DNA of 64,000 nucleotides from the NCBI GenBank assembly GCA_023205875.1, contig CP060757.1, positions 930,001 to 994,000 of the forward strand. Reading direction: 5' to 3'. The notes under the pieces were generated by a model, which was given only the letters and a program-made list of their open reading frames with translations, had not been told where the DNA came from and did no database searches. Of this stretch, positions 42,472-54,000 are shown one piece after another. The stretch's first letter is position 1; every line of letters begins with the position of its first letter. The stretch is from Chloropicon primus. Lineage: Eukaryota. The translations under genes and the position numbers were made by a program.

Positions 42472-43245
42472 TGTCCTGGATTGAACCCACCACCGGACAC
42501 AGGATCCTGTTCCTCCTCCTTCAAAACTTTTCAAACATTTATCTTCGCCAGGAAGAGAACACAGGGATGCCCTTTAATTCATTCCCTTCATCTTGGTTCC
42601 ACTCCCAGTCCACCAAGGTCCCACCTTTGCTTCCACCTTTGCGGGCTTTGTCCCCGAGTCGACCGACGCGGCTCCACAGACCGTCGGCCTCCAGGAGCAA
42701 ATCAAGACAGCACGCGTGGCCCCTTGGGTGACTCATCAAAAACAAAATAACTTCTTCATTTGTGAAGTTAGAAGATCACGAGAGGAGCGGGTTCTGGATT
42801 CTTTCTCCTTCTTTCTCTTTCTTTCTTTCTCTCTCTCTCTGTGTGCTTGTCCTTTACTCGCTCTTTTGCGATCACCACCATTGTCTTTGGCCACAGCCAG
42901 TCGGGACGAGGGCAGCGTTCGTGTTGGTACCACGGCGGAGAAGGGAAGGGCTAAGGCCACCAGCGCGCAAGATTTAGGTCGTAGAAGCAATCGTGCCCGT
43001 TCGAGGAGAGCAGTGAAAGCGGGGAAAAAAGAGACTGTGGAAATGATCAAAGCACGGCGAGGAAGGACTTGTCGTGGAGTGAAGTGAAGTGCTCTGATCT
43101 ATTATACGCTCGTGTTAATGATCTATCATATTCATATCTCTGCTGCAACAAAGTGCAATATTCTATCATATCACACCGAAGATGCAAAGTTCTGCTTTCG
43201 ACAAAGGACAACAAGAGCCTCGCACGCGAGACCTCTGCAGCCTTT

Positions 43246-43830
43246 TTACTTGGCCTCCTGACCAATCAAGAGCTGGTTGAGGGCAGTGCCAACCTGGACA
43301 CCGCAGTCTCTGTAGCTCTGAGACTCCCAGTCGGACACGGCAGTCTGAATCTCGTTGAGGATGTCAACTCCGTTAATCAAGAGGTCCTTTCCGACGTGGT
43401 AGGCGAAAGCGGCAGGGGTCTTGAACTCGGAAAGGACATGCAAGATGCTCTCAACGTCGTTAATGGCGCCCTGGCAGTCGGTGATGGCGGTGGAGACCTC
43501 GGTGAGAGACTCTCCGATGAGTCTGATGCCCTCCTTGACACCTCTGACGCTCTCCTCCTTAATGTCCTTCACGGCCATGTCAAGGTCGTCGTACACCTGG
43601 GTGATATCGGACGCGCACTGCTTCAGGTTTGGGTACTTCTCGTACTCGAAAAATCCTTGGATGAGACCCTCGAAGATGTCGAAGGTGACCTCCCACTTCC
43701 AGCTGGCCTCGAGCTTCTGGTTCAAGGCCAAAGCAGAGTGCTCTGGCCTCACCTTTGGCTCCGTGCGGACTGCCGCGACGGACTGCACGGCCACAAGAGC
43801 GGCCAAAACGCCAACAAGATACTTGTTCAT
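43246..43830 (-). CDS. Small secreted alpha-helical protein of unknown function
   Basis: Signal peptide MNKYLVGVLAALVAVQSVAA; strong GC3 bias; HVGKDLLINGVDI...YRDCGVQVG motif. Confidence 0.8.
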   Translation of the reverse strand: MNKYLVGVLAALVAVQSVAAVRTEPKVRPEHSALALNQKLEASWKWEVTFDIFEGLIQGFFEYEKYPNLKQCASDITQVYDDLDMAVKDIKEESVRGVKEGIRLIGESLTEVSTAITDCQGAINDVESILHVLSEFKTPAAFAYHVGKDLLINGVDILNEIQTAVSDWESQSYRDCGVQVGTALNQLLIGQEAK

Positions 43831-44526
43831 CTTCAGTTCTGCGGTTTTATATACTCTTTCCTCGCGCTGGCGCTCTCTCTGTCGCTCTATCACTACTTGT
43901 CACTTGAACCTCGCACAAACGCCGTTTTACTCTTTCTTTTTTTTGTCCTGTCTCCCCTAAAACTGCTTGCCAGTCTACGTTCATCACCAGTTACCTTGCC
44001 AGCACATCAAGTCCTTCTATCCTTCACGAAGGAAAGTTTCATTAAGGAAATCCTAAAACAAAAAGACGGTGAGTGGAGGAGGACTTGTTCTGGATTCTGG
44101 ACCTGGGATTCAGTTCATGACTTACAGGACTCCTCTCTCCTCTCCCTCCCTCGACAGATCTTTTGCTCTTTTGCATCTTTTGCTCGCCAGTGGTCCCAGG
44201 TTGGACAACCTTCCCGAGACTTGCTTTGGAGGAAGTCCAAACGTGCTGCGCTGCTCTGTTTGCGCTGCACAAGGGTCCTGCTTGTCCTCGGACTCCGGCT
44301 CAGATCCCGGGGATCCTCGGAGTGAGAAAAGGTGCTTGTCGTCCTTCGAACCCGGACCTCCAGGCAGTGACCAGGCAGTGGTGCTGGAGAGAGGGGAAGG
44401 GGCCACCAAGGACAGGGGTGAGAGCGACGAGGGCAATTGCGGGGGTGAATTGAGGCCGAGATCGCACCAATAAACCTTTCTCTCTTCAGCTGGTCCCTGC
44501 TTTCTCGTGTTGTGCGAGTCTGACAG

Positions 44527-46633
44527 AGGACAGCAAGATGGCTTTCCAATGCAATCGGGACTCGATGGCAAAGGTGGTTCTTTTGTTTTTGGTGACGATC
44601 CTCTCGCTCGGTAAGTCTCCGGGCTCGATGATTGGTCCTTTTCTCGTGCTGACTTTGCGTGAATTGGCTCTCTAACCCGGTGCACAGGTACCGAAGGCCT
44701 TGGCTTCGGACGGTTTGGTCTTTTAGAACCCGACGAGGCTCCAAGATTCCAGATCTTGGATAGGATGACACAACAAAGGAACTTGCAGCAGGTCGATTGG
44801 AGCTGGCCAAGCTCCACTTCTTCTGGTCACGTGGAAGGAGGGGTCGATCGTTCTTTCTACGGCTTTTATGGCGTGCTCGCAGAATTCGACGACCTGTTCG
44901 AAGAGTCTCCGTCCGACCCACCGCCTGCACCTTCACCTTCACCTTCACCTTCACCGACTCCACCACCGCCACCGCCATCTCCTCCGCCACCGCCACCACC
45001 ATCTCCACCGCCACCGCCACCAATAGCACCATCGCCAGAACCAACACCATCGCCTCCGCCACCGCCGTCTCCACCACCACCGCCAATCACACCATCCCCT
45101 CCACCACCGCCACCGCCATCTCCTCCGCCACCGCCACCGCCACCACCATCTCCACCGCCACCGCCACCGCCATCCCCCCCTCCACCGCCATCCCCCCCTC
45201 CACCAACACCTCGGGTCACCGTGTCGGCAAGAGCTATTGGGACCGGCCCACTCACGAGTTGCGACTATGTTGTTGTCACCCTACCTAACGGTAGCGTTGA
45301 TCCAGCCTACGCGAGTGGCAAAACAGGTCCCAAGGGAGAATTGAGCTTCCAGGTCCCCACAACACACATAGAGGCCAAGGCGATGGAGATCACGATCGGA
45401 GGGAACATTGGCTGTGTCGACGAGTTCACCGGGCAGCCGCTTTCCGGGGAACTCACCTCGGTCTTCCCCTCGAACATCACCGCCTCGCAGGACGGCGGGC
45501 TGTCCTCAAGGCGAATGCTCTCGAATGACGCCGTTGTTGAGGTGGTTGTGACTCTGCTGTCATCGGTGACGAGGAATTGGCACCGATTCCACAACTATCC
45601 TCCCGCGAAAGGAATCGAAGAAATCGATGGGTACTCGTCAACTTTCTTCGGGCTCGAGCCTTCGGCGACGACGACGCGATTCGATCACATTGACGCCCTG
45701 GCGAACGACTTGAGCAAGACGATTGCTATGGGCGTGATGTCGAAGATCGCCAAGGTCGACACGTTGATCAAGCTGGGGGGCGGGTATCTGAAAGCAGAGG
45801 CCGCCCAATTGGGGCTGCCCAAGGTGACGACGGGCGATGCCATCGACTTCATGTTCCAAGCTCTTGCCTATTACGGCTACCAATCAAAGGCTGGGCACTT
45901 TGGGGAGGAGAACGGCTTAGCATTCGATTTCTCTAAAACGTTTGGTGCAAAGAAAGTCCTCGAGCAAGCGATTGGCATAATGTACCCCCCCAGGAGGAGA
46001 AGGAGCCTCCATCAGACGAAGGACGACGTGCTGAACGCCTTGACGGACGTGATGCTCGTCATCTTCGACAGCATCGAGACCAGCGGGGCGGGATCGGACG
46101 CCAAGAGAGCCCTGGAGGAGATTACAAAGGTCACGATAGCGGTCGAGACAGGAGTCTTGAGGGAGGTCGAGGACTTGACTTCTGGGGTCTTGAGTCCCAC
46201 CGCGTTCCTGGAGGACAACACGAAGCAAAGGATCCGGGCAAAAGTCGAGGCTGTGGCGGTTCCAACCACGCTGAAGGAGGCGCTTGACGACGCCCTTGGC
46301 GTCCCCGAGCCCCGAGCCCCGAGCCCGGAGGTCAACGAGGAGCCCAAGACGTCCTCGAAGGACGACACCGGGATGATCCTAGGAATCGTGTTCGGCGCCC
46401 TCGCGGGGGGCCTGCTCATCGCGTGCGTAGTCGTCGTCTCCGCGAGGCGCGCCAGGAAGAGCAGGACAACCGAAGACAGCTCCCTCCCCATGACGATCGA
46501 TCTCTCGGACCAGCTGTACACGCCCTACAGCAAGAAGAAGAAGGACAAGAAGGGCAGGAAGTACGAGCCGGCGGGGTCCTCGTCCCTGGAGATGACGGGA
46601 CTCCGGGACTCGCAGGCCTCCGCCCTGGCCTAG
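44527..46633 (+). CDS. Extensin-like (SPPPP) hydroxyproline-rich type I cell-surface protein; 5' exon structure uncertain (exon ~44527-44610, intron 44611-44687)
   Basis: Splicing GTAAG(44611)...CAG(44687) gives the hydrophobic signal WFFLFLVTILSL|GTEG in frame with the ORF. SP3-6 repeats; C-terminal TM ILGIVFGALAGGLLIACVVVV followed by basic residues. Confidence 0.75.
44917..45210 (+). repeat. Coding (CCACCG/CCTTCA)n Pro/Ser repeat
   Basis: Directly visible; encodes PSPSP and SPPPPPP. Confidence 0.9.
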
Positions 46634-46782
46634 GGAGGGAGGAAGCCCGGCGCCCGAGAGTGGTCTCCGCCGAGGGGTCACACACCCAACATGATGTACA
46701 CCTAGAGGCATTGTATACGTAAGTAGCATATTCATTTTACAAGTAGTTGTTATAAACTCTCTTCTTTTGTGTGTGCCTAGCT

Positions 46783-47669
46783 TTAGAATGGGAGGGGCCT
46801 GAAGTCCTCGGCGTCCTCGCTGTCCGAGTCTCCGAAAACGTTGAAGGCCTCGATCACCATCGGGAGCAGGCAGAGGAACACGACGAAGAAGGTGAACTCG
46901 AGCCCGACCTTGGAGGTGTAGATATTCTGGTGGGCCGGGTCCGCGATGTGGTCCTTGAAGCAGGCGATGGGCCCCTTTCCCCTGACGGCGTACTGGGAGC
47001 AGAACCCGAGGAAGGCGAGCATGGCGAGCCTTCCGTTCTTGAGCTCCTTCAGCTTGGTCTCCTCCGTCTTCAGCTTGAGGGGGTCGAAGGGCGCCTTTCC
47101 CAGGAGGGAGCACTCCCCCGTCTTCTGGAAGTTCTTGATCCTAAAGTACTCGAACACGCCCATGACGATGACCTCGGTGCCGATCAGGGTCTTGGTCGAG
47201 ATGCCGTAGTCCACGGTCGCGGCCTCGATGAAGTTGGGCAGGCCAGCGGCCTCGGTGAAGAGAATCCCCACCACCGCGGCCATCGCCCACCTTCCGTTCA
47301 TGAGCTCGGCCTCGCGGTAGTACTCCACGAGCCCCTCGTTCTGGCCGAGCCTCAGGGGGTCGAAGCCGTAGTCCCCCATCATGCTCCCGTCCAGGTACTT
47401 TGGCGCCTTGGCCCCGGGGTACCACAGACTGTTTTGGTTTGAGCAGCGGGGGAGGGGGGGTTCACGGGGGGAGGACGGAGGACGGAGGAGGGAGGGGTCA
47501 GCGTCCGGCAAGGGCGAAGGGCGGTTCGATCCAATCGTCACTCTCACTCTCTCACTTACGGTCTGTCCTTTCCGGCTCTGGCGACGACGGCCCTTGCAGG
47601 CCTCGTGGCCAGCAACCGCCGGCTCGACGAGGTCGTCCTCGCCATCCTCTGGCTCACGCTCATGTTCAT
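46783..47669 (-). CDS. LHCA2: Photosystem I light-harvesting protein, algal Lhca2 type (4th TM helix); 2 exons (47669-47560, 47428-46783)
   Basis: DRPLWYPG...GDYGFDPLRLG, EAELMNGRWAM, KELKNGRLAM, and the C-terminal extra helix NIYTSKVG...LCLLPMVIEA characteristic of Chlamydomonas-type Lhca2. Confidence 0.88.
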
Positions 47670-48057
47670 CTCCAACAAAGCAAGCTCTCTCCACAACAGC
47701 AGCAGCAGTTTCACGAAAGGCAAAGTCCCTCTCTCCAGCTCTCCGCTCGCTCGTCGCTCGCCTTCTCGATCTCAGAGATCCCGATGATCCCGCCCGACGC
47801 TCGACGGGAGACCGAACGCCTTTACAGTCGAATCTACTCCAATCTTTCGGTCGTTCGTCGAATGCTTGGGGATAGTCGTCACGGCGATCGGTGATTCGCG
47901 AAACGAGATAAGGCACGGGAACCAATAAGAGCGGGGTCACATGACCCGACGTCCAGGAGAGGAGGAGCAGCCGAAGGGAGTGTGTGTGTGTTGAGCCTTA
48001 GCCTTAGCCTGTTGATCGCGATCGATTGGAGCAGGTCTTGTTGTGGTCTTGAGGAGA
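47670..48057. promoter_or_regulatory. Putative bidirectional LHCA2/LHCA9 promoter with GATAAG (47907) and CCAAT boxes (47839, 47922; reverse at 48025)
   Basis: The motifs are visible between two divergent LHC start codons; I-box/GATA plus CCAAT are classic light-responsive elements of plant Lhc promoters. Confidence 0.55.
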
Positions 48058-48750
48058 ATGAACAGCAGCGTGAAGTTGAGCAAGAGGGTGTCTTGCCTTC
48101 CCGGTAGGGCGGCGAGGCCGCAGAGGACGGTGTCTGCCCGCGCGGGGGCGGACAGGCCCATGTGGTTGACGGGGTCGAAAGCCCCTGCCCACTTGAACGG
48201 GAGCATGCCGGGCGACTACGGGTTCGACCCACTCGGTCTCGGCGTGGACGCGGGGAAGCTGAAGTGGTACCAGGAGGCGGAGCTGATGAACGGGAGGTTC
48301 GCCATGATCGGAGCGGCGGGCATCCTCGGCGCGGAGATCCTCGGAGTGAACACCACGGACCTGACCTGGTACGAGGCGGGCACCAAGGAGTACGAGATTC
48401 CCTTGGCGCCCCTGGTCGCGATCCAGGCCGTCGTCATGGGCTTCCTGGAGATGAAGAGGTACCAGGGCTGGAAGGAGTACGGGGTCACGGGGCTCGGGAA
48501 CGACTTCCCCTTCGACCCAGCTGGACTGGCGAAGAAGGACGCGGACACGATGAAGCTCAAGGAGGTCAAGAACGGGAGGCTCGCCATGGTCTCCTGCTTC
48601 GGATTCGCGGCTCAGATGGCCGCCACGGGAGTCGGACCGGTCCAGAACCTCACCGACCACCTCAAGAACCCGGCCGCTAACAACATCATCGGCAGCGTTT
48701 TGACGATTCAGGACCACCTGCCCGACCCAGGCTTCGCCCAGGTCTCTTGA
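48058..48750 (+). CDS. LHCA9: Photosystem I light-harvesting protein, algal Lhca9 type
   Basis: DRPMWL.G...GDYGFDPLGLG..GKLKWYQEAE, WYEAGTKEYEIP, VMGFLEMKRYQG, FPFDPAG, KEVKNGRLAM; matches Chlamydomonas Lhca9 as recalled. Confidence 0.85.
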   Translation: MNSSVKLSKRVSCLPGRAARPQRTVSARAGADRPMWLTGSKAPAHLNGSMPGDYGFDPLGLGVDAGKLKWYQEAELMNGRFAMIGAAGILGAEILGVNTTDLTWYEAGTKEYEIPLAPLVAIQAVVMGFLEMKRYQGWKEYGVTGLGNDFPFDPAGLAKKDADTMKLKEVKNGRLAMVSCFGFAAQMAATGVGPVQNLTDHLKNPAANNIIGSVLTIQDHLPDPGFAQVS

Positions 48751-48916
48751 AAAAGAGAGAGAGAGAGAGAGAGAGGCGCGCGGGCGCCCCGCACCCACTT
48801 TAAACACATTGTAATACAAACCGAATCCTTATTAAAGCCCTTGCGTGCTCTCTTTTTTTGGTGTTGTTGTTAATTTATTACAGAAACGAACAAAATAATG
48901 GTTTGCTTTCGTTGTT

Positions 48917-50107
48917 TTACTTCCACAGCTTCTTCAGACTCATGTTCTTGTCGCTGTCCTTCTTCATCACCTTCGACACGGCCATCTCGAAGTCCTCCTG
49001 CGTCACGTGAACCCTCCTCTCCCTCAAGGCGAACATGCCGGCCTCCGTGCAGCACGCCTTCATCTCTGCCCCGGAGGCCCCCACCATCTTGTCGGCGATC
49101 GTCTTCAAGTCGATCCCCCTCATCAGGTTCATCTTCTTGCTGTGGATCTTCAGGATGTCGAACCTCGAGCTCTCGCTTGGGTTCGGGAACTCGATCTTCC
49201 TGTCGATACGCCCGGGCCTCAGGAGGGCGCTGTCCAGGATGTCGATCCTGTTCGTCGCCATCAGGACCTTGATCTTGTTCGTGGCCTCGAAACCGTCCAG
49301 CTGGTTCAGGAGCTCGAGCATGGTCCTCTGCACCTCACTGTCCCCGCCGCCGGAGCCTCCCTCCATCCTGGCGCTGCCGATGGAGTCCACCTCGTCCATG
49401 AAGATGATGGAGGGGGCGTGCTCCCTCGCCATGACGAAGAGCTCGCGAACCATTCTGCTTCCCTCGCCAATGTACTTTTGCACCAGCTCCGAGCCGCTGA
49501 CCCTGATGAAAGTGCAGTCCGTGTGGTGGGCCACGGCCCTCGCGAGCAGCGTCTTCCCCGTTCCGGGGGGCCCGTACAGGAGCACGCCCTTGGGCTGGGC
49601 GATACCCAGGCTGTCGAACAGCTCCGGGTGCTTGATCGGGAGCTCGATGACCTCCTTGATCTCCTTGATCTGCTGGTCCAGGCCTCCGATCATGTCGTAC
49701 GTCGAGTCCGGCACCTTCTCCACCTTCATCAGGCTCACCAGGGGGTCCACCTTGGTGGGCAGGATGTGGTGCAGCACGTAGCTGTCGTTCCTCAGGGCCA
49801 CCCTCGCCCCCGTGACCACGTCGTTTATGTCGATATTCTCATCAATGTCCACCACGTACTTCCCCTCCGGGTGCACCTTCACCAGGACCTTCTTCTTTCC
49901 CATGACCTTGACGACCTCGCCGACGTAGGACCCGGGCTCCTGCAGGACCTGGAGCTCCTCCTTCAGCAGGCGGACCCTCGAGTTCAGCTCGTTCCTCTGA
50001 GCCTCCAGGCGCCTCAAGTTGTTGCTCTTGTCCCTCACCTGGATCTCGAGGGACTCTATCTTCGTCTTGTAGTAGTCCTTCAGACCATCTCCCGTCTTCA
50101 CACCCAT
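48917..50107 (-). CDS. RPT6: 26S proteasome AAA-ATPase subunit RPT6
   Basis: [60 protein letters not shown]-terminal MSLKKLWK. Confidence 0.97.
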   Translation of the reverse strand: MGVKTGDGLKDYYKTKIESLEIQVRDKSNNLRRLEAQRNELNSRVRLLKEELQVLQEPGSYVGEVVKVMGKKKVLVKVHPEGKYVVDIDENIDINDVVTGARVALRNDSYVLHHILPTKVDPLVSLMKVEKVPDSTYDMIGGLDQQIKEIKEVIELPIKHPELFDSLGIAQPKGVLLYGPPGTGKTLLARAVAHHTDCTFIRVSGSELVQKYIGEGSRMVRELFVMAREHAPSIIFMDEVDSIGSARMEGGSGGGDSEVQRTMLELLNQLDGFEATNKIKVLMATNRIDILDSALLRPGRIDRKIEFPNPSESSRFDILKIHSKKMNLMRGIDLKTIADKMVGASGAEMKACCTEAGMFALRERRVHVTQEDFEMAVSKVMKKDSDKNMSLKKLWK

Positions 50108-50219
50108 CGCGACCCTTCCCTTCCGCTCCCTCCCCAGCAAAAACCCTCTCTCCCTCGCCCTCTCTCGCCCTCTGCCTCCGTCCCCGACCGACCAAAGAGA
50201 AGAAGAAGTTCGTGCTTCC

Positions 50220-50251
<32 letters not shown>

Positions 50252-50401
50252 CTCTCCTCTCTGTCTCAAAGTTCAAAACCAAGAGAACCCGAGAGAGGTG
50301 TAAACATTTGAGGTTTAGTGTGTAAACACTTGAGGCTGAGGCTGAGGGGATGAGATGAGATCAGCGGCGCGAAGGCGAAAGGGAGAGAGAGAGAGAGAGA
50401 G

Positions 50402-51727
50402 ATGAAGGGAGTGAGGGTGCAGGCGAGGGGGAGGGCTGTTGTCGGAGGGAAGGGGAGGGTCGCGAGGGGGGCCACGAGGCTGTCCGCGCTGTCGTCGGAG
50501 ACGACGACTGGCGTGAAGCGGAACCCGAACCTGGCCAAGCTCGGGGCAGGGTACTTGTTCCCTGAGATTGGGAGGAGACGCAGGGAGCACCAGGAGAAGA
50601 ACCCGGATGCCAAGATCATCTCCCTCGGGATCGGGGACACGACGGAGCCCATCCCGAAGGTGATCACGGACGCCCTGCAGGGAGCGGCCGCGGGGCTGAA
50701 CACCAAGGAGGGGTACTCCGGGTATGGCGCGGAGCAGGGCATGGGAGGGCTCAGGGAGAAGCTCGCCGACAGGTTCTACGGGGGCTTGGGGATCGGGAGC
50801 GACGAGGTCTTCGTCTCCGACGGGAGCAAGTGCGACATTTCGCGGATGCTCATGCTCTTCGGGGCGGACACGTCCATCGCGGTGCAAGACCCCGCCTACC
50901 CCGCCTACGTCGACTCGAGCGTCATCATGGGGGCCACCGGAACCCTGAACGAGGAGACGAGCCAGTACAAGAACATCGTTTACATGGACTGCCTCAAGGA
51001 GAACGGGTTCTTCCCAGACCTGTCGAAGGTCGGGAAGACTGACCTCATCTTTTTCTGCAACCCCAACAACCCCACCGGGGCCTGCGCCTCGAGGGAGCAG
51101 CTCCAGGCCCTCGTCGACTTCGCCAAGAGGAACGGGTCGATCATCGTCTACGACGCGGCCTACGCGATCTACATCGAGGACGGCAGCCCCAAGTCGATCT
51201 ACGAGATCGAGGGGGCGGACGAGTGCTGCATCGAGACTTGCTCGTTCTCCAAGTACGCGGGATTCACCGGTGTGAGGCTCGGCTGGACGGTGGTGCCCAA
51301 CAAGCTCAAGTTCTCCGATGGAACCCCCGTGAACAGGGACTGGAACCGCATCATGACGACCTGCTTCAATGGCGCGAGCAACATCGTGCAGGCCGGCGGA
51401 CTGGCCTGCGTGACGGACGACGGCTTCGATGCCATGATGGGCCTCGTGACTTACTACAAGGAGAACTGCAAGCTGATCAGGGAATGCTTTACTGAGATGG
51501 GGTTCGAGGTTTACGGCGGAGTCAACGCGCCCTATGTCTGGGTCGGGTTCGAAGGAAGGCCGTCGTGGGACGTCTTCGCTGAGATTCTGGAAAAATGCGA
51601 CCTTGTGACGACCCCAGGAAGTGGTTTCGGACCATCGGGTGAGGGATTTGTAAGGGTGAGCGCCTTTGGCAACAGGGCAGACGTCGAAGAGGCCATCATG
51701 CGCCTGAAGGATGTGTACGGAAAGTGA
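50402..51727 (+). CDS. dapL: LL-diaminopimelate aminotransferase, plastid
   Basis: [69 protein letters not shown]. Confidence 0.95.
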   Translation: MKGVRVQARGRAVVGGKGRVARGATRLSALSSETTTGVKRNPNLAKLGAGYLFPEIGRRRREHQEKNPDAKIISLGIGDTTEPIPKVITDALQGAAAGLNTKEGYSGYGAEQGMGGLREKLADRFYGGLGIGSDEVFVSDGSKCDISRMLMLFGADTSIAVQDPAYPAYVDSSVIMGATGTLNEETSQYKNIVYMDCLKENGFFPDLSKVGKTDLIFFCNPNNPTGACASREQLQALVDFAKRNGSIIVYDAAYAIYIEDGSPKSIYEIEGADECCIETCSFSKYAGFTGVRLGWTVVPNKLKFSDGTPVNRDWNRIMTTCFNGASNIVQAGGLACVTDDGFDAMMGLVTYYKENCKLIRECFTEMGFEVYGGVNAPYVWVGFEGRPSWDVFAEILEKCDLVTTPGSGFGPSGEGFVRVSAFGNRADVEEAIMRLKDVYGK

Positions 51728-51800
51728 GATCCGCCAAAGAGGATAAAACTGATTTTGTTTAAGGACGGTTTGCTTTATGTTGCCTCCTACCTCGGGGAAT

Positions 51801-52910
51801 TCAGAAAAGATTTCCACTGGGGTCTTGGTACAACAGACTGTAGTCCCTGTCATAGGCTTCCAGCTCCGGGAGTTTCTTCAGGCTGCGGAACGTTTTCGTG
51901 ACTCCCAGCACGAGGAGGAATTCTCTGGTCTCTCCCCCCTGCTTGATCTCCTCGGTGGGCAGGCTCTGGTCGAGCTCGTACTTGAAAAGCTTGGCGATCA
52001 AGCCGCGACTCCCCTCTCTGTGCTCCTCCAGGGATCTTGAGCCGTGCCAGACAAACATTTTTTGCTCCCCCTCCACCACGAAGACGCCCCTCGGGTCCAG
52101 CAGCTTGACGGTCCTGGACTTGACGTGCTTCAAAACAAGCAGCTTGGAGTCCATCCTGGAGAAGGGCGCGATGTTGTACATGGCACGCTCCCGCGTGTGC
52201 GATGATGCCGCCACCTCAAGCTGCTTCTGCCAGTGTAGAAGCTGGCAGGTGAACCCTATGTTGGGGTTGGTCACCCGACGGACAGCTTTTACCCCCTGAA
52301 AAGCTTCCTCGTACGAGACCTTTTTCGTGTGCATGATGAACGAAATGCAGAGAGCAGCTGACCTCGATATTCCCTGCGTGCAGTGCACCAGGACCTTGCC
52401 CGACTCTGCGTGCGCTGCCTCGATGAAGTCGAAGACGTGGTAAAGCACCCTCCCGATGTCTTGGTTCGGGCTGTCCTCCAAGTACAGCGTCAGGTACTTC
52501 AGGCCCTTGTCCTTGTGATACTCCCCGCAAGTGAATCCGACGCAGTTGACGATGTGGGTTATGCCGTTCTCCACCAAAATCTCGTGCATCTTCGCGACAG
52601 TGTCGCCCGACATGAAGAGCGAGGGCGCGACTTCGCTGCACTCTCTCTCGTACAACCGAATCTTGTTTCCCCTCTCCAGGCTGAGCGAGTTCTCGTTGCT
52701 GGAGGAGCTGAGGTCCAAGGCCTTCACCGCGGGGGATGCTGGCGAGCGCTGGTCTGGCACCATCAAGCTCGTGTCGATCGTCAGGCTCTTCCCGGGGAGA
52801 GTCAGGTTCTCCGACCGGCTCCTCGTGAAGATGGTCTTGTTCAGCTGGACCGGCTCCTTCTCGGACTTATCCTGGAAGGACTTGTGAGGAAAGAGCGCGG
52901 CGTGCTCCAT
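51801..52910 (-). CDS. MKP1-like dual-specificity phosphatase (DSP + gelsolin-like domain)
   Basis: ECSEVA..LF, HCTQGISRS active site, NPNIGF..QLL, followed by LDPRGVFVV...FVWHG gelsolin-like segment as in plant MKP1. Confidence 0.85.
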   Translation of the reverse strand: MEHAALFPHKSFQDKSEKEPVQLNKTIFTRSRSENLTLPGKSLTIDTSLMVPDQRSPASPAVKALDLSSSSNENSLSLERGNKIRLYERECSEVAPSLFMSGDTVAKMHEILVENGITHIVNCVGFTCGEYHKDKGLKYLTLYLEDSPNQDIGRVLYHVFDFIEAAHAESGKVLVHCTQGISRSAALCISFIMHTKKVSYEEAFQGVKAVRRVTNPNIGFTCQLLHWQKQLEVAASSHTRERAMYNIAPFSRMDSKLLVLKHVKSRTVKLLDPRGVFVVEGEQKMFVWHGSRSLEEHREGSRGLIAKLFKYELDQSLPTEEIKQGGETREFLLVLGVTKTFRSLKKLPELEAYDRDYSLLYQDPSGNLF

Positions 52911-53406
52911 CTTGCTTCGCGCTGCACGCACTCCTCGAACCTCGGATTCCGAACAAACCACTCGAGCCTCTTCCTTTTCTCCAGACTCTTCGGTCACTAC
53001 TTCATCCAGCCCTCTCTCAACAGCCCTCTTACTCTCCTTCTGACATACTCCCCAGGTGGTTTCCCGCGTCCTCCTGCGAAACGTTTCCAGACCTCGCAGA
53101 CCTCCCCCCCTCTCGTCTCCCCTCAGCTTCCACGCCCTCCCTCCAAAGCACACCACACCGCACCACACCTCCCTCTCGTCCCTCTCCCTCTCCCTCTCCT
53201 CTCCAAACCCCTCTCCTCTACCGTCCGTCGCCTCCCCCCGATCGCCAAAGCTGTCCCTCCCTCTTCCCCCCTCGACTCAACTCAATCAATCGTACAATGC
53301 CGAGGACGCGTCCCCCCCCAAAATAGAAACATCGAAATCGAAAGGGAGGAGAGAGAAGAGAGAGAGAGAGAGGCGCTGGCGCCCTGGTCCGTGGAGAAGG
53401 AGGAGG

Positions 53407-54000
53407 ATGCTGCGCAAGTGCTTTGCGTTGGTGGGGGGGAGGGAGGTGTTGAGGCCGGGGTCGGAAGTGGTTCGGAGGCTGGGTGGGAACTGGGCCGGCG
53501 CGGGAGAGGGCGAGTTGGAGGGGAGGGCGGCGAGGAACCTGAGCAGCGAGACGGAGGCCTCGAAGAATGTCGCGGTTCAGGAGGGGGGCGTGGGGAATCC
53601 CGGGGCCGAGGACGGGCCGAGGATACCCGCGACGAGCACGACGGGGAACCCGGACCTCGACGATCTCTTCGGCCTGGATATGTACAAGTATGGACTGAAG
53701 GAGTACAGGGAAGAAACCCAGAAGAGGGCGTATGGAAGGTCGTGGGAGGCGAAGGAGCTGCGGCTCAAGTCGTTCGAGGACTTGCACAAGCTGTGGTACG
53801 TGCTGCTCAAGGAGCGGAACTGCCTGGTGAGCGAGAGGCACAGGTTGAACTCCCAGGGCCTGATAATGCCGCAGAAGAATAGAATAAAGAAGGTCAAGCA
53901 GTCCATGGCGCGCATCAAGACGGTGTTGAGAGAGAGAGCTCTGGGCATGGAGGACGAGGAGGACCGGAAGGAGGCCGAGGCGATCATCGATGCCAAGTAA
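53407..54000 (+). CDS. MRPL47: Mitochondrial ribosomal protein L47 (uL29m)
   Basis: GRSWEAKELRLKSFEDLHKLWYVLLKERN...RIKKVKQSMARIKTVLRER. Confidence 0.95.
   Translation: MLRKCFALVGGREVLRPGSEVVRRLGGNWAGAGEGELEGRAARNLSSETEASKNVAVQEGGVGNPGAEDGPRIPATSTTGNPDLDDLFGLDMYKYGLKEYREETQKRAYGRSWEAKELRLKSFEDLHKLWYVLLKERNCLVSERHRLNSQGLIMPQKNRIKKVKQSMARIKTVLRERALGMEDEEDRKEAEAIIDAK

Noticed and set aside
42593..44325. ORFs 42593-43087 and 43069-44325 (+)
   Set aside because: They run through UTR or microsatellite sequence and antisense to the secreted protein gene, with no coding bias or motifs.
50402..51727. dapL as part of a peptidoglycan cluster with the LysM and acyltransferase genes
   Set aside because: DapL is the standard plastid lysine-pathway enzyme in green plants, and the genes are 16-30 kb apart with unrelated genes in between.
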